DNA of 61,665 nt, the filler included. It is 13 parts of 13 records of this genome, joined end to end, with 100 filler letters (N's around TTAATTAATTAA, not from the genome) between each part and the next. Parts side by side here need not be neighbours in the genome. Positions count along the whole stretch, not along the records: positions 8,642 to 13,214 come from SRR15195285_5818; positions 13,315 to 18,050 come from SRR15195285_5819; positions 18,151 to 24,178 come from SRR15195285_5820; 10 more parts are not named here. One strand, given 5' to 3'. Positions within the stretch are counted from its first letter, which is position 1. Each line of letters starts with the position of its first letter. Positions 11,766 to 21,900 of this stretch are shown in pieces. A model generated the notes under the pieces. It was not told where the DNA came from. It was given only the letters and a program-made list of their open reading frames with translations, and ran no database searches. A program made the position numbers and the translations under genes.

Positions 11766-13003
11766 TCACAATGTGGCTCTACACCTAGGTGGAGGTGGCG
11801 TGTCAATGGGGACGCCTCGAAGCTGTGGCCATGGAAAATCGGGATGGCTGCAAACATAAGCCGACCGGCATGCAACCGACCCACACGTCGATTCGCCAGC
11901 GTGTCAGACAGAGAGAGTGTCGCCACAACAACAGGGACATGCGACTGTTCAAACTGATCAACATTCAACGACAGCAGCAACAAAAGATTTGCGCACTCGA
12001 TATCCCGCGCGTATGGCCGTCCATCCTCGTGCTCCACCGACGGCACTGCCGCCCTCCAGTCGCAGTCAAATGTTTCCACCGTTGCCATCTCGTTGTCTGA
12101 CAGCTCGAAGTCAAACACATCGATATTCGCAGCGATTCGGGAAGCAGTCACTGACTTAGGAATGCAGCATATACCACGTTGAAGTTGCCATCGGAGAATC
12201 ACCTGGGCTGTCGTCTTTCCGTGACGAGTGGCGATAGCAGTCAGAGCCGGGTCCTCAAGCAGTCCGTTGCCAATCGATGTCCACGATGGCCCACCGAGTG
12301 GCGAGTAAGCTACGATCACGATGCGATGATCGGCGCACCAGGATCGCAGCGCCGATTGCGCGCAGTACGGATGGCATTCAACTTGGTTGACGGTCGGCTT
12401 GATCGACGTCGGGGGTTGGCAGAGCTGCTGAAGTTGTGCCTCGTTCATGTTGCTCACGCCGATGCTCTTACACAGCCCCAGTGGTGCGACTAGCCTCTCC
12501 ATCGCCAACCACGTTTCTAGCGGCGCAATTTCTGGCGCGTATAGCAACTCGCCGTCGGTGCCGCGTGGAAACAACACCTCACCGACCGCCTGAGGTATGT
12601 TCTGGAACGCATACGGCCAGTGCATCAAATACAGATCGACGTACCCAAGCCCTAGCAAAGCCAGAGAGCGGCGGCAGGCTGGCTCCACGTCCTCCTTGGC
12701 GTGGTGGCTGTTGAACAGCTTCGTCGTCACAAACAGCTCCTCGCGGCGCACCATTCCCTCCGCAAATACCTCGCGCAACGCGGCACCAATCGACGCCTCC
12801 ACTCCGTACACATACGCAGTGTCGATGTGCCGATACCCACAGGCGATCGCCTGCTTGACGGCGTCCTTGATCTCCTCGGACACGGGGCTCGGGCGTCCAC
12901 TCGCCAGGGCTTCGCCGGCAGCCTGCGCTGCCTGCGCGCCCGCTGCGGTGCCGAGACCCAAGAGTGGCATCGTGTGGCCGTTGTTCAGCTGCACGGTCAG
13001 CAT
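11766..13003 (-). CDS. Aldo-keto reductase (AKR1-like); 1 intron near the C-terminus
   Basis: MPLLGLGT, GYRHIDTAYVY, LFVTTKL, DLYLMHWP, KSIGVSN, NQVECHPY, AYSPLG, IPKSVT. A GTGCGC..TTGCAG intron gives the typical HPDFPW tail, with TGA at 11766-11768. Confidence 0.95.
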
Positions 13004-13128
13004 TTTCGAGTAGCGACTCCCTACCGTGACGTACGTGTGGCCCCGAGGCGCCTGGGCGTCGCACAGGGTGGCGTGGTCGGCGATCTTCGTCGCGCGCGGT
13101 TCCGCACCGAGACCCGCGCGCCGCCCGG

Positions 13129-13137
13129 TATATATAA
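13129..13137. promoter_or_regulatory. TATA-like island in a GC-rich promoter of the AKR gene; similar islands at 8861-8867 (sulfatase) and 27984-27989 (phosphatase)
   Basis: TATATATAA, TATATAT and TATAAA sit in CGCG-rich sequence ~90-130 bp upstream of start codons. Function is inferred. Confidence 0.5.
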
Positions 13138-13201
13138 GAACCCGCGCGGCCGCGCCGCCGGCGGCGCCGCCGCGCCGATGTGTCCGTCCCGACTAAGGCG
13201 C

Positions 13202-13214
13202 AGTACCCAGGTTG
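13202..13214 (+). other. Recurrent non-coding 13-mer AGTRCCCAGGTTG (also 13572-13584, 32609-32621, 56185-56197; truncated reverse copy 8642-8650)
   Basis: Exact copies read directly on four different contigs, all intergenic. Confidence 0.85.
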
Positions 13215-13314
13215 NNNNNNNNNNNNNNNNNNNNNNNNNNNNNNNNNNNNNNNNNNNNTTAATTAATTAANNNNNNNNNNNNNNNNNNNNNNNNNNNNNN
13301 NNNNNNNNNNNNNN

Positions 13315-13350
13315 CTGCTGCTGCTGCTGCTGCTGCTGTGCTGCTGCTGC
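13315..13350. repeat. (CTG)n microsatellite at contig edge; (CAG)n counterpart at 48019-48044
   Basis: Direct reading. Confidence 0.9.
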
Positions 13351-13386
13351 TCGACAGCGCGAGCGCCGAGCGATCCTCTCTAGCCT

Positions 13387-13557
13387 GTGAGCTCCCTGAG
13401 TCAACAGTCAACGGCCAGTGAGCTCACAGACCGTTGACTGCCAGTCTGTGAGCTCACAGGTCGCCCCGTGAGCTCACAGACCGTTGACAGCGACCCGTGA
13501 GCTCTCTGACCGGTGCGCGGATGGCCAGCGAGCTCACGGGTCGATCTGTGAGCTCAC
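13387..13557. repeat. Array of seven GTGAGCTCAC palindromes (four exact, three with 1 mismatch)
   Basis: Copies start at 13387, 13418, 13448, 13468, 13497, 13528 and 13548. Confidence 0.9.
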
Positions 13558-13875
13558 GAATCGACCCAGGAAGTACCCAGGTTGCGGGGGCTCTTGGGTC
13601 GCAACACATGCGCAAAACTGACCATGCGCACGCAGCCACGAGCTAGATCGAAAGATACGGCGCGCCGGATCGGCGTATCGCGCAGACGCGACGCGAGGGG
13701 TTCCATGCGTGACTCCGCTCCAGCCTCCACAGATCATCCGGCCTGATGGACACCCGGAGTACGGAGCAACTGATGATGAGGCCTCCACCTCGGGGCGGAC
13801 GGACGGAAGGGCGTGGACGTCCGAGGAGTTGAGGGACCTTGATTGCCCCACTGCATCATACTAGTACACGCGAAT

Positions 13876-15006
13876 ATGGACTCGGCGGAGTCTGCAGCGG
13901 AGAATTTGCGCCGGGCTATCTATTCCAGATCGCCAGGAAGCACAAGTTGGTCGATCTCCATGTTTGTAGACTCGGGTGCACCAGACCTCGCAAGGACTGT
14001 GTCGCCGACGAGGGACTCGAACACGCCGGCTGCATGGAAAGGCACTACGACAGTGACGCCACGTGGGACAGGGTCTCCACGGATCGCCAGCCCGAAACAC
14101 CCCACGACTTCTCCCCGCACGGCCATCTCGCAGAGCGCCGCCCGAAATGCGACATCATCAAGCACAGCTCGGAGGTCTAAGTCTGGCAAGTCCACTGTGG
14201 AATCAGACCTGGAGCTGCTGTCGATGGTAGCGTGTACCGAGAAGCCCGGCGTAAAGTACAAGATCCTGGTGACTTCCAACGCACCACGCAGCCGCGTTCA
14301 AAACGAAGCAGCAGCACTCTCATCTGAAGAGCCGTGCAGCCCGCGGATGCAAAGAATCCGAGGGGGTGTACTGCAGAACGAGGTGGATGCGTCGCCGAAA
14401 ACGGAGGGGGTGTCAACCAACGAATTGCGTGGAGTGCATTCGTCTCGGGTGCGGTCGCCACGCGCTGAGGCGGACAGAAAGCTGCGCGCTACACGAATGG
14501 TTCAGTCAGAAACTTCACGCCGCAGTTCTTCGGAGTTTTTGGCGATGCGTGCATCGCCCATGCACCAGCGTCGCAGAGCCAGCCCGACGAGCGAATTGAC
14601 CATGAAAGCGCGGACACCCAGCTTGAGTGTAGAAACAGAGATCAGGAGGGCCAAGGACGCCATACTTGCGACCGACAGGCGGTTGCGGGCGATCCGAACC
14701 ACGTCTGGTACGGATACCGACGATAGTCTTTCCCAGCGCAAGTCCAGCTCGGTTGCAGAAGAGATTGAGGAAGCACGCTCGCGTCTTTCTGCTAATCGCT
14801 ATGCACGCACGGGCAATGCACTGCTCGCGCAACTGTTGCCCGAGGTACAAAGCGCCACGCACACTGCTGGTGGGAGACGCTCCTCTGCAGTGACTTTCAT
14901 TGGACGGGGCACAACTAGTATCAGCCCCAGCACCAGCGGGAGCCCCAGCCCACGCACCAGCTTCGTAGGCCACGCGGGGGTCTCCCTTAGCTGGTCTCCT
15001 TCATAG
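13876..15006 (+). CDS. Hypothetical Ser/Arg/Pro-rich, probably disordered protein
   Basis: ~376-codon ORF from ATG 13876, convergent with the GH3 gene; no recognisable domain. Confidence 0.5.
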   Translation: MDSAESAAENLRRAIYSRSPGSTSWSISMFVDSGAPDLARTVSPTRDSNTPAAWKGTTTVTPRGTGSPRIASPKHPTTSPRTAISQSAARNATSSSTARRSKSGKSTVESDLELLSMVACTEKPGVKYKILVTSNAPRSRVQNEAAALSSEEPCSPRMQRIRGGVLQNEVDASPKTEGVSTNELRGVHSSRVRSPRAEADRKLRATRMVQSETSRRSSSEFLAMRASPMHQRRRASPTSELTMKARTPSLSVETEIRRAKDAILATDRRLRAIRTTSGTDTDDSLSQRKSSSVAEEIEEARSRLSANRYARTGNALLAQLLPEVQSATHTAGGRRSSAVTFIGRGTTSISPSTSGSPSPRTSFVGHAGVSLSWSPS

Positions 15007-15201
15007 GTAAAGTGCAAAATAGCTTCACTTGGTGCTGTGCAACCATCTGTCAGTGGCGCAAGCACTCGCTGGGCGTGGGCGAGGAGCACCTCCGAGAGGA
15101 TCTCAGGCTCTGCGATTCTATGCATCTATGGAGATAGTGGCAACGGCACTAGCGCAGTAGGCGGACTTTCTGCAGGACCAGTTACTGAACGTCAATTATA
15201 A

Positions 15202-17962
15202 TCAATGAAATAGCTGAATTGGGCTCCGTAACACGGGTGTGTTCATGAGCGTCCCCGTGAGCCGGATGTCTCGGCTGCTCGCCCCAACAGAGACAAAGAA
15301 TTCGCCACCAACTTCAGACCACTGGTGCCGCTGCGTATCCCATATAGAAAAGTCGCCGGGTCCCAATTGGAAGGTGACCATGCTGGATCTGCCAGCTTGC
15401 AGATACTGCTTTGTGAAGCCACGGAGTACCTGTGGAGGCTCACCAGCTGTCTCTGGGAAGCCTAAGTACAGCTGTACGATTTCAGCGCCATCCAGTTTGC
15501 CACTATTTGTCACTGTGACTGAGACAGACTTGCTCCCGTCTATTTTCAAGTCAGAGTATTGGAAAGTTGTGTAGCTTAATCCGAATCCAAAAGCGTACTT
15601 TGGCGTGACTTTGTGCGCGTCATACCCTATACGGCACGCGACGTGAGCAACGGGACAGACAGGTACGGGTAGAACGCACATCGGGTAGAACGCACAGCGG
15701 TAGCCGACTTCTAGTCTCTCTGTGTAATTGCTTTGCAGCCCGGTCGAGACAGGCACGCCAGGCCATTGCACCTGCGAAAAATTCATTTCGTTGTCTATGT
15801 TAGGGAACGTCAACGATAATCGCCCAGAGGGATTCACGTCACCGAACAGCACATCGGAGAGTGCGTTGCCCATCTCTAGACCGGGCATAAACATGGTGAG
15901 CAACGCCGAAACCTTATCAGCCCAAGGTGTTAGTACTGCACCAGGATTGACCATGACCACAACTGTTCTCTTCTGCACAGCGGCAACTGCGTCAACGACA
16001 GCATTCTGTGCGTCCGAAAACGACAAAGTAGACCGGTCAGAGCCTTCGGACGAAGTGGTCGACACAAACACAACAGCAATATCCGAAGCGGCGGCGACAG
16101 CTGCTGCTGCCGTGGGATTGGCACCGGTGTAGGTGGTCACAGTGTCAGTCCGAGGAGCCGGGGGGGCCGGGGGGAGCTTGCGGCAGGAACCGCTCTGAGC
16201 CCCAGCGTGCGATGATTTCCCATTGTTATTTTGATGGCACCAACAGTCTTTTCCATTGATCCACGTCGAAAAAAACCATTTTGGGTTATCTTTGCCGCAC
16301 GCCGCGCAACACTGGTCGAACGAGTCGAATTTGCCCTGCATCGACGCGGAGTCTGGCGTATTGAAGTCGAAATTCGCGTCTGTCATCCTACATAGCGTTG
16401 GCTCCGGCGCAGGTGGAGTCGGCGCTCCGGTGGAGCCGCTCATATATCCATCATGTGCATTTTTCTGGCCAACTCCAGTATGGCACCAACAGCCGTTGTC
16501 GCTAGTGCCTGTCCAGGTGAAATATGGAGCACTCACTTTGTTGCACCCATCACAGCAAGCCGTTGCAGTGTGGAATCCACTTCCAAGGCTTTGGCTTCCT
16601 GGCAAGTAGTAGTCGGTGTCTGTATCAAGAACCTTGCATTTAGCTGGCAGCCGAGGCGGCGGTCCCGACTGCGTTGGTTTGCCGGCATTCCTCCTCGAAA
16701 TCGCGTCAAATGGGCTGATCACGTACATAGCCTCAACCGAGCCAGAGCCCCCTCCATGGACCACAGGATTGACAGCGTCGATGCCAATCAGTGCTAGCTT
16801 TTGTCCGGGTTTGAGTGGCAGGATCCCATCCTCGTTTTTAAGCAGCACCGTACCAGCTGCGCTTACGTTGCGCGCAACGATCGAGTGTGCGAGAGAAGTG
16901 ACATCGTGCTGATGAGTGGAACCGTTCCACTGGTTCACGTTGTCAAACAATCCGAACTTGTACATTTGGCTTAGTATGCGGGAGACAGAGTTGTCGATGG
17001 TGGCATTCGACACCTTGCCGCTGAGCACGTCGGCCTTGAGAGCAGGCCCCATGAAGTCTTGCCCAGGCATCTCTTGGTCCAGTCCTTCGTTGATCGACGT
17101 GGAATGTGTGGCGCCCCTGTGAAGCCCAGCAGTGCAAACGGCAGCCCACTAAGACAGGGACGCACGGATGCCAGGCACAAAAAGCACAGCGCAAGAAAAC
17201 TCACGGTGCGGACAGTACCAGAACGAGCCAGACTTACCAGTCACTCATGACCCAGCCCTCAAAGCCTGCTCGCTGCTTCAGGTCAGTGTTCAGTGTCTCG
17301 CTGTTTCCGCAAGAGTAGTTTCCGTTCACCCTGTTGTAACTGCACATGATGGACCCCACCTCGGCCTTGATCGCGCCCAGGAATGGGGGGTAGTAGATTT
17401 CCCAGCGCGTCCTCTCATCCACGACTTCATTGCCCCCGGACCTGTCTGTCTCTTGGTTGTTGTTCACCCAGTGCTTGGCGTTGGCGATAACGCCCTTGGA
17501 CTGGATACCTTGGATGGCTGGCTGCACGAGTTCATAGCCGAGGAAAGGGTCCTCCCCTGACAGATACTCGAAGTTGCGGCCGTTTTTCGGAACGCGGGCT
17601 ACGCAGACCCCTGGCCCTAGCTGTACGTTCGCACCCTTGTCGAAAAATTCTTGGCCCATGGCCTCGCCCCACGCCCGCATAGCCGCGCGGTCCCAGCTGG
17701 CGCCCGCTGTGAGCCCGCTCGGGAATGCCGTGGTACCACCCGACCGAAACCCCTGGGGGCCGTCGTTCATCGTCAAGTGGGGAATGCCCAGACGTGGAAT
17801 GGCGTGCGTATTCCCGATGTAGCAGTTCCCGTCGCAGCCGCCGTGCAGCAATACGATCTTCTCATCCAGACTCATCTTGGCGAGCATCGCCGCCGCCGCC
17901 GCCTTCGGATCATCGGCGGCGACTACGAGAGCCGCCGTGCCGGCGAGCAGTAGCCTTAACAT
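15202..17962 (-). CDS. Secreted GH3 beta-glucosidase with two PAN/apple-like Cys-rich repeats inserted in the C-terminal domain and an Fn3-like tail; 2 introns
   Basis: Signal peptide; PRLGIPHLTMNDGPQGFR, GRNFEYLSGEDP, AKHWVNNNQE, MCSYNRVN; nucleophile motif VMSDWGATH across intron 17117-17237; PSGRLSLTFP, FGFGLSYTTF, EPPQVLRGF. Confidence 0.95.
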
Positions 17963-18936
17963 CGTCCGAATACGGGATAGCAGACAACTTACACCCCCTC
18001 AGGGCCGAGGCGTCGGCGCGCGGGCGGGCGCCGCGCGCGCGGACGTGCGGNNNNNNNNNNNNNNNNNNNNNNNNNNNNNNNNNNNNNNNNNNNNTTAATT
18101 AATTAANNNNNNNNNNNNNNNNNNNNNNNNNNNNNNNNNNNNNNNNNNNNATCTCTGACTCACAGCGGTTGGATCGAGCGACGGCCGAAAACTCAATACT
18201 CTCCGACGCATAGACTGCTCCTCGCAGAACACGTGTTGCCACACGCTTGTCCGTCCTGACCCCTGAGTGGAGGCACGACGCACGACATGGAATTCTGCCA
18301 GACCTGCGCACAGAATGTGCTTCCCTCGAAAAAAGAGTGTGCCCGGCTTGAATTGAACAAGAATGACAAATCGCCTCGGAGCACCTAATTGCGTTCACAG
18401 ATGCTACTGGAAAACCGCTTGATATTGCGAAAGTGAGCTGGAGTCACAGCAGACCCAATTCACCGTTCCCCTAGCAAGCCGCACGACTTTTTTTTCTGTG
18501 TCACCTGAGTGGGGGACGCGAGGAGTTCGAGTTGAGGACAGAGGGACCAAGAAGCGACGCAACGCCCTTGGTACAATGTCGTAGTGAATTCGAGGAGGAT
18601 TTGAGCGATTTTCTGCTGGTCACTACTCGCTGTCTTCAATTCCGACCCACCGTCGTGAATCACACTCCGCGGAGTGAAAGTAACACCAATTTCAATACTG
18701 ATACGCAACAAAAACCAGCGAACTCGAGGTGGTCAGAGCGGTGCCGTGCAGTTATCTATGAGTTTTATATACTTCTGACGAATCCAACCCAGCCTGTGAC
18801 GGGTGAAGAAATACGAGAAACTAAACGCGGTGCGTCGGAGCAACAAATTGCGTGAGAGAACACAACCACGGTAAAGCCACTTGAGTGGCAGCGCTCTACC
18901 GTGCTTTTGGTTGGTGGGCTTGGTTGGTGGGGAGTG

Positions 18937-21900
18937 ATGGCGATGAGGGTGGCGATGCTCATGGCGATGAGTGGGGTGGGCAGTGCGATCCCGACGATCG
19001 GACGGCAGCTGCAGTCGGCGGCGCCGGACAAGTGCTCCGACCCGGAGTCGTTCCAGGGTGCGTGCCGATCGTGCTGCTTTGCTGCTGCTCCCGCCGCTCC
19101 CTCTCGCCGCTCTCGCCGCCGCTCTCGCCACCTCTCCCGCCACCGCTGCCGCCGCCGCTCCCGCCGCCGCCGCTGCCGCCGCCGCTGTTGGTCCGGTACA
19201 GCCGCTGGAATGGCGGTCACCGCCGCAGCTACAGCTGCGTGCAGCTGAGCCACCCGTGCCCCCGCCGTGTACCAAGCTACGGCGCTGCCATATTCGTCAA
19301 GCATAGTCGAGCGTGCGTAGCGGAGCGAGCTCTAGAACGTGCACGGAGCTAACTCCTGTTGTGGCATGCTGGCGTGGAACAGCCTGGACCGCGCTGGTCA
19401 ACTCGGCGTGCTGCACGAATGCTGCGTCCGCGTGCACCAATGGCTTGCCCACGTCCTGCGACACTGAGTGCGCCAACGTGCTCACTCCGTACAAGAGGTA
19501 CTGCAAGACCCAGCTTCAGGCAGCCAATATGATGCAAGCTGTCAACGCCGCTACCGGCACCTGCCCCCATGTCCCCAAGAACACGCGGGGCTGCAGCAAA
19601 GACATCCCCAGCGTCAGCAACGCCCATGCCGTTCAGTCTTGCGCTGGCGGCTCGGGCTTTTGGCCCGTCGGAACCGCGTGCTCTGTCTCCTGCGCTGCGG
19701 GTGGCGGACACCGCCGTGCCCAGGCAGGTGCCGCCATGTACATGTGCACCTCTGGTGGCGACTGGCTCTCCCCAGCACCGATCCACTGCGCCAGCGGACC
19801 CCCTCCGCCGCCCGGCAGGTCCACCGTGGGACGTTTCAGCGTGAGCACCCAGCCAATGACGATCACCGACGCCGTCACGTACTGTCGCAATCAGGGCGGC
19901 TCGCTGGCCTCCATCCACTCACCCGAGGAGCAAGACCAAGCCGTCGAGGTTTGTGGCTCCGTGCGGACTGACGCGACCACCGGCGCAACCATCAACGGTG
20001 ACCAGGCTACGCATGGCGGCTACGGCTGCTGGATTGGTTTCGAGGACTCTGCCTCTGACGGCGGGTTCGTGTGGACTGACGGCTCAAACGTTGATTACGT
20101 GAACTTCTTCCCTGGCGAACCGAACGGCAACCGATGCGCCACCGCTGGCCACCAGGGCAACTACTGCTCCGCCGTCTCGATTGACATGCGTGGATTCATG
20201 GGCGACCTTGGGATGGATCTGGACCCATCAGCAGGTGCCCGCGGCCGCAACGGCGCCTGGAACGACGACTCGCGAAACTCTGGCACCATGCTGTACCTAC
20301 TCCGACCAATAGGTCTCTTGATAATTTGGTCACTTTCTTCTGTCGTTTTCACTGTTTTCGCTGCTGCTGATCAAGATGTTTATTAATGGGAGCAGGTACC
20401 CGATTTGCCAGAGCACCATTCCGCAATCTGAAATGTCGCCGACCGCCCGGCACATGTGGGGCAACGGCGCGTCAACCTCGTTCAACATCCGCGTGTGCGT
20501 AGAGGCGGACGACTACCTTTTCTTCCAGGTAGGGAATCCTTCTTCCAGTCCACCTGTGCCCGGCTGCCTGCCCTATACAGCCCGGCTGCTTGATTGCCTG
20601 GCTGCCTGGCTGCCTGCCTCCTCCCTGTCACCCTGAAACGGGCAGTTTCTGCAATCTGAGCAATGGATTGTCCACAGGATGACCGCCTGTGGATGCAGTA
20701 CGGTGGCAACTGGGCGGCTGCGGGCACGGCGCGTGGCGATGAGACCCTCGGTGGCACTGCATGTGGTGACGAGTATATTGGAACCGCGTTCGTGAACGAG
20801 CAACCTTGGGACATCTCAGGGCTTGGCGCCTGCCACCCTGGCTCAACCTGCCCCGTCTCTAGCACATTCACTGACATGGGATTCGACGTACCGATGGGCT
20901 GCGCTTCCGTGCAAGTCTCCGCCGTTCTCAACTCTGCACAGGGAACCGTCCAGGTCCAGCAGCCGACCCGTGCGAACGGGTGGCGGGGTGAGATCCTTCT
21001 ACAAGACCATTACGATGGCGAGGTAGTGCAAGATGTAACTGTGACTGCCACTTGCCAGGGCACTGCTGCCACTCATCAGGCGCGGCTCAGCTGTGTCCAC
21101 AACGCTGGTACGGATTCCTGCAACATGGGCCGGATAGAGGTTTTCAACAATCACATCACACGGCCTGGCTCTCCTTCCGCTGGCGCGTGGGGCACTGTGT
21201 GCGGACACTACTTTTGGGACAATGACGAACTTGCCAACATCGTCTGCCGCCAGCAGGGATACGCATCTGGCCAGACCTACACGTTTGGCGCAACGAACTT
21301 TCTGCCAACGCTTCCGATCGTTGCCGGGTGGAGGCTCTGCCATGGTGGGGAGCGAGACGTTTTCGCTTGCGAGGCGAAGGATGTAACGACTGCAGGCGAC
21401 CGTACGCAGGTGCAGGACCCCATTTGCGCCAATGGCTGCGTGGGACCGGACGGTCTACAAGGCACGGCAGACGACACGATCGACGAGACCTGCATCCATG
21501 CAATCGATCAGGGTGCCATCTGCTACGCTGACTCATCTCCCTCACAGCTGTCAGTTCCGGTATGCCGCGGTTGTGGCAGCGGCGGCTGTGCTCTTGCCGG
21601 CAACACCGACCAAGAAGTGATCTTCTCCTGCATAGACTATTACACAACGCAGTGCCAGTACGACGTTACTGGTACTGCCCTGAACATTTACGAAGGCACC
21701 CACGGCAACGTGTGGGAAGGCACTGAAGGATCGGGTGCGGGCACCTACATGTGGGCGATGCGCCAGTTTGCTCGATGTGCTGCAGTTAGCCCAGAGCCAC
21801 AGGGCTACTGTCACGGCGCAATCAACTCGGCAGACAAGCTAGCCAACCACGACATCTGCACGGACGGCGCGACGACGAACATTGGCTTCCACATCCGCGT

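Noticed and set aside
13387-13557. CRISPR-like repeat-spacer array
   Set aside because: The repeats are only 10 bp, the spacers are 10-21 bp and partly duplicated, there are no cas genes, and the context is eukaryotic.
8983-17962. Polysaccharide-utilisation cluster (sulfatase, AKR, GH3)
   Set aside because: GH3 is on a different contig, so the apparent clustering comes from concatenation.
18151-18860. Short ORFs as a possible transposon remnant
   Set aside because: No transposase, RT or other recognisable motif and no terminal repeats were seen.
19085-19190. Poly-Pro/Arg/Ala ORFs from a (CCG)n-rich tract
   Set aside because: The tract lies within the first intron of the lectin gene (GTGCGT donor near 19058, acceptor near 19382).
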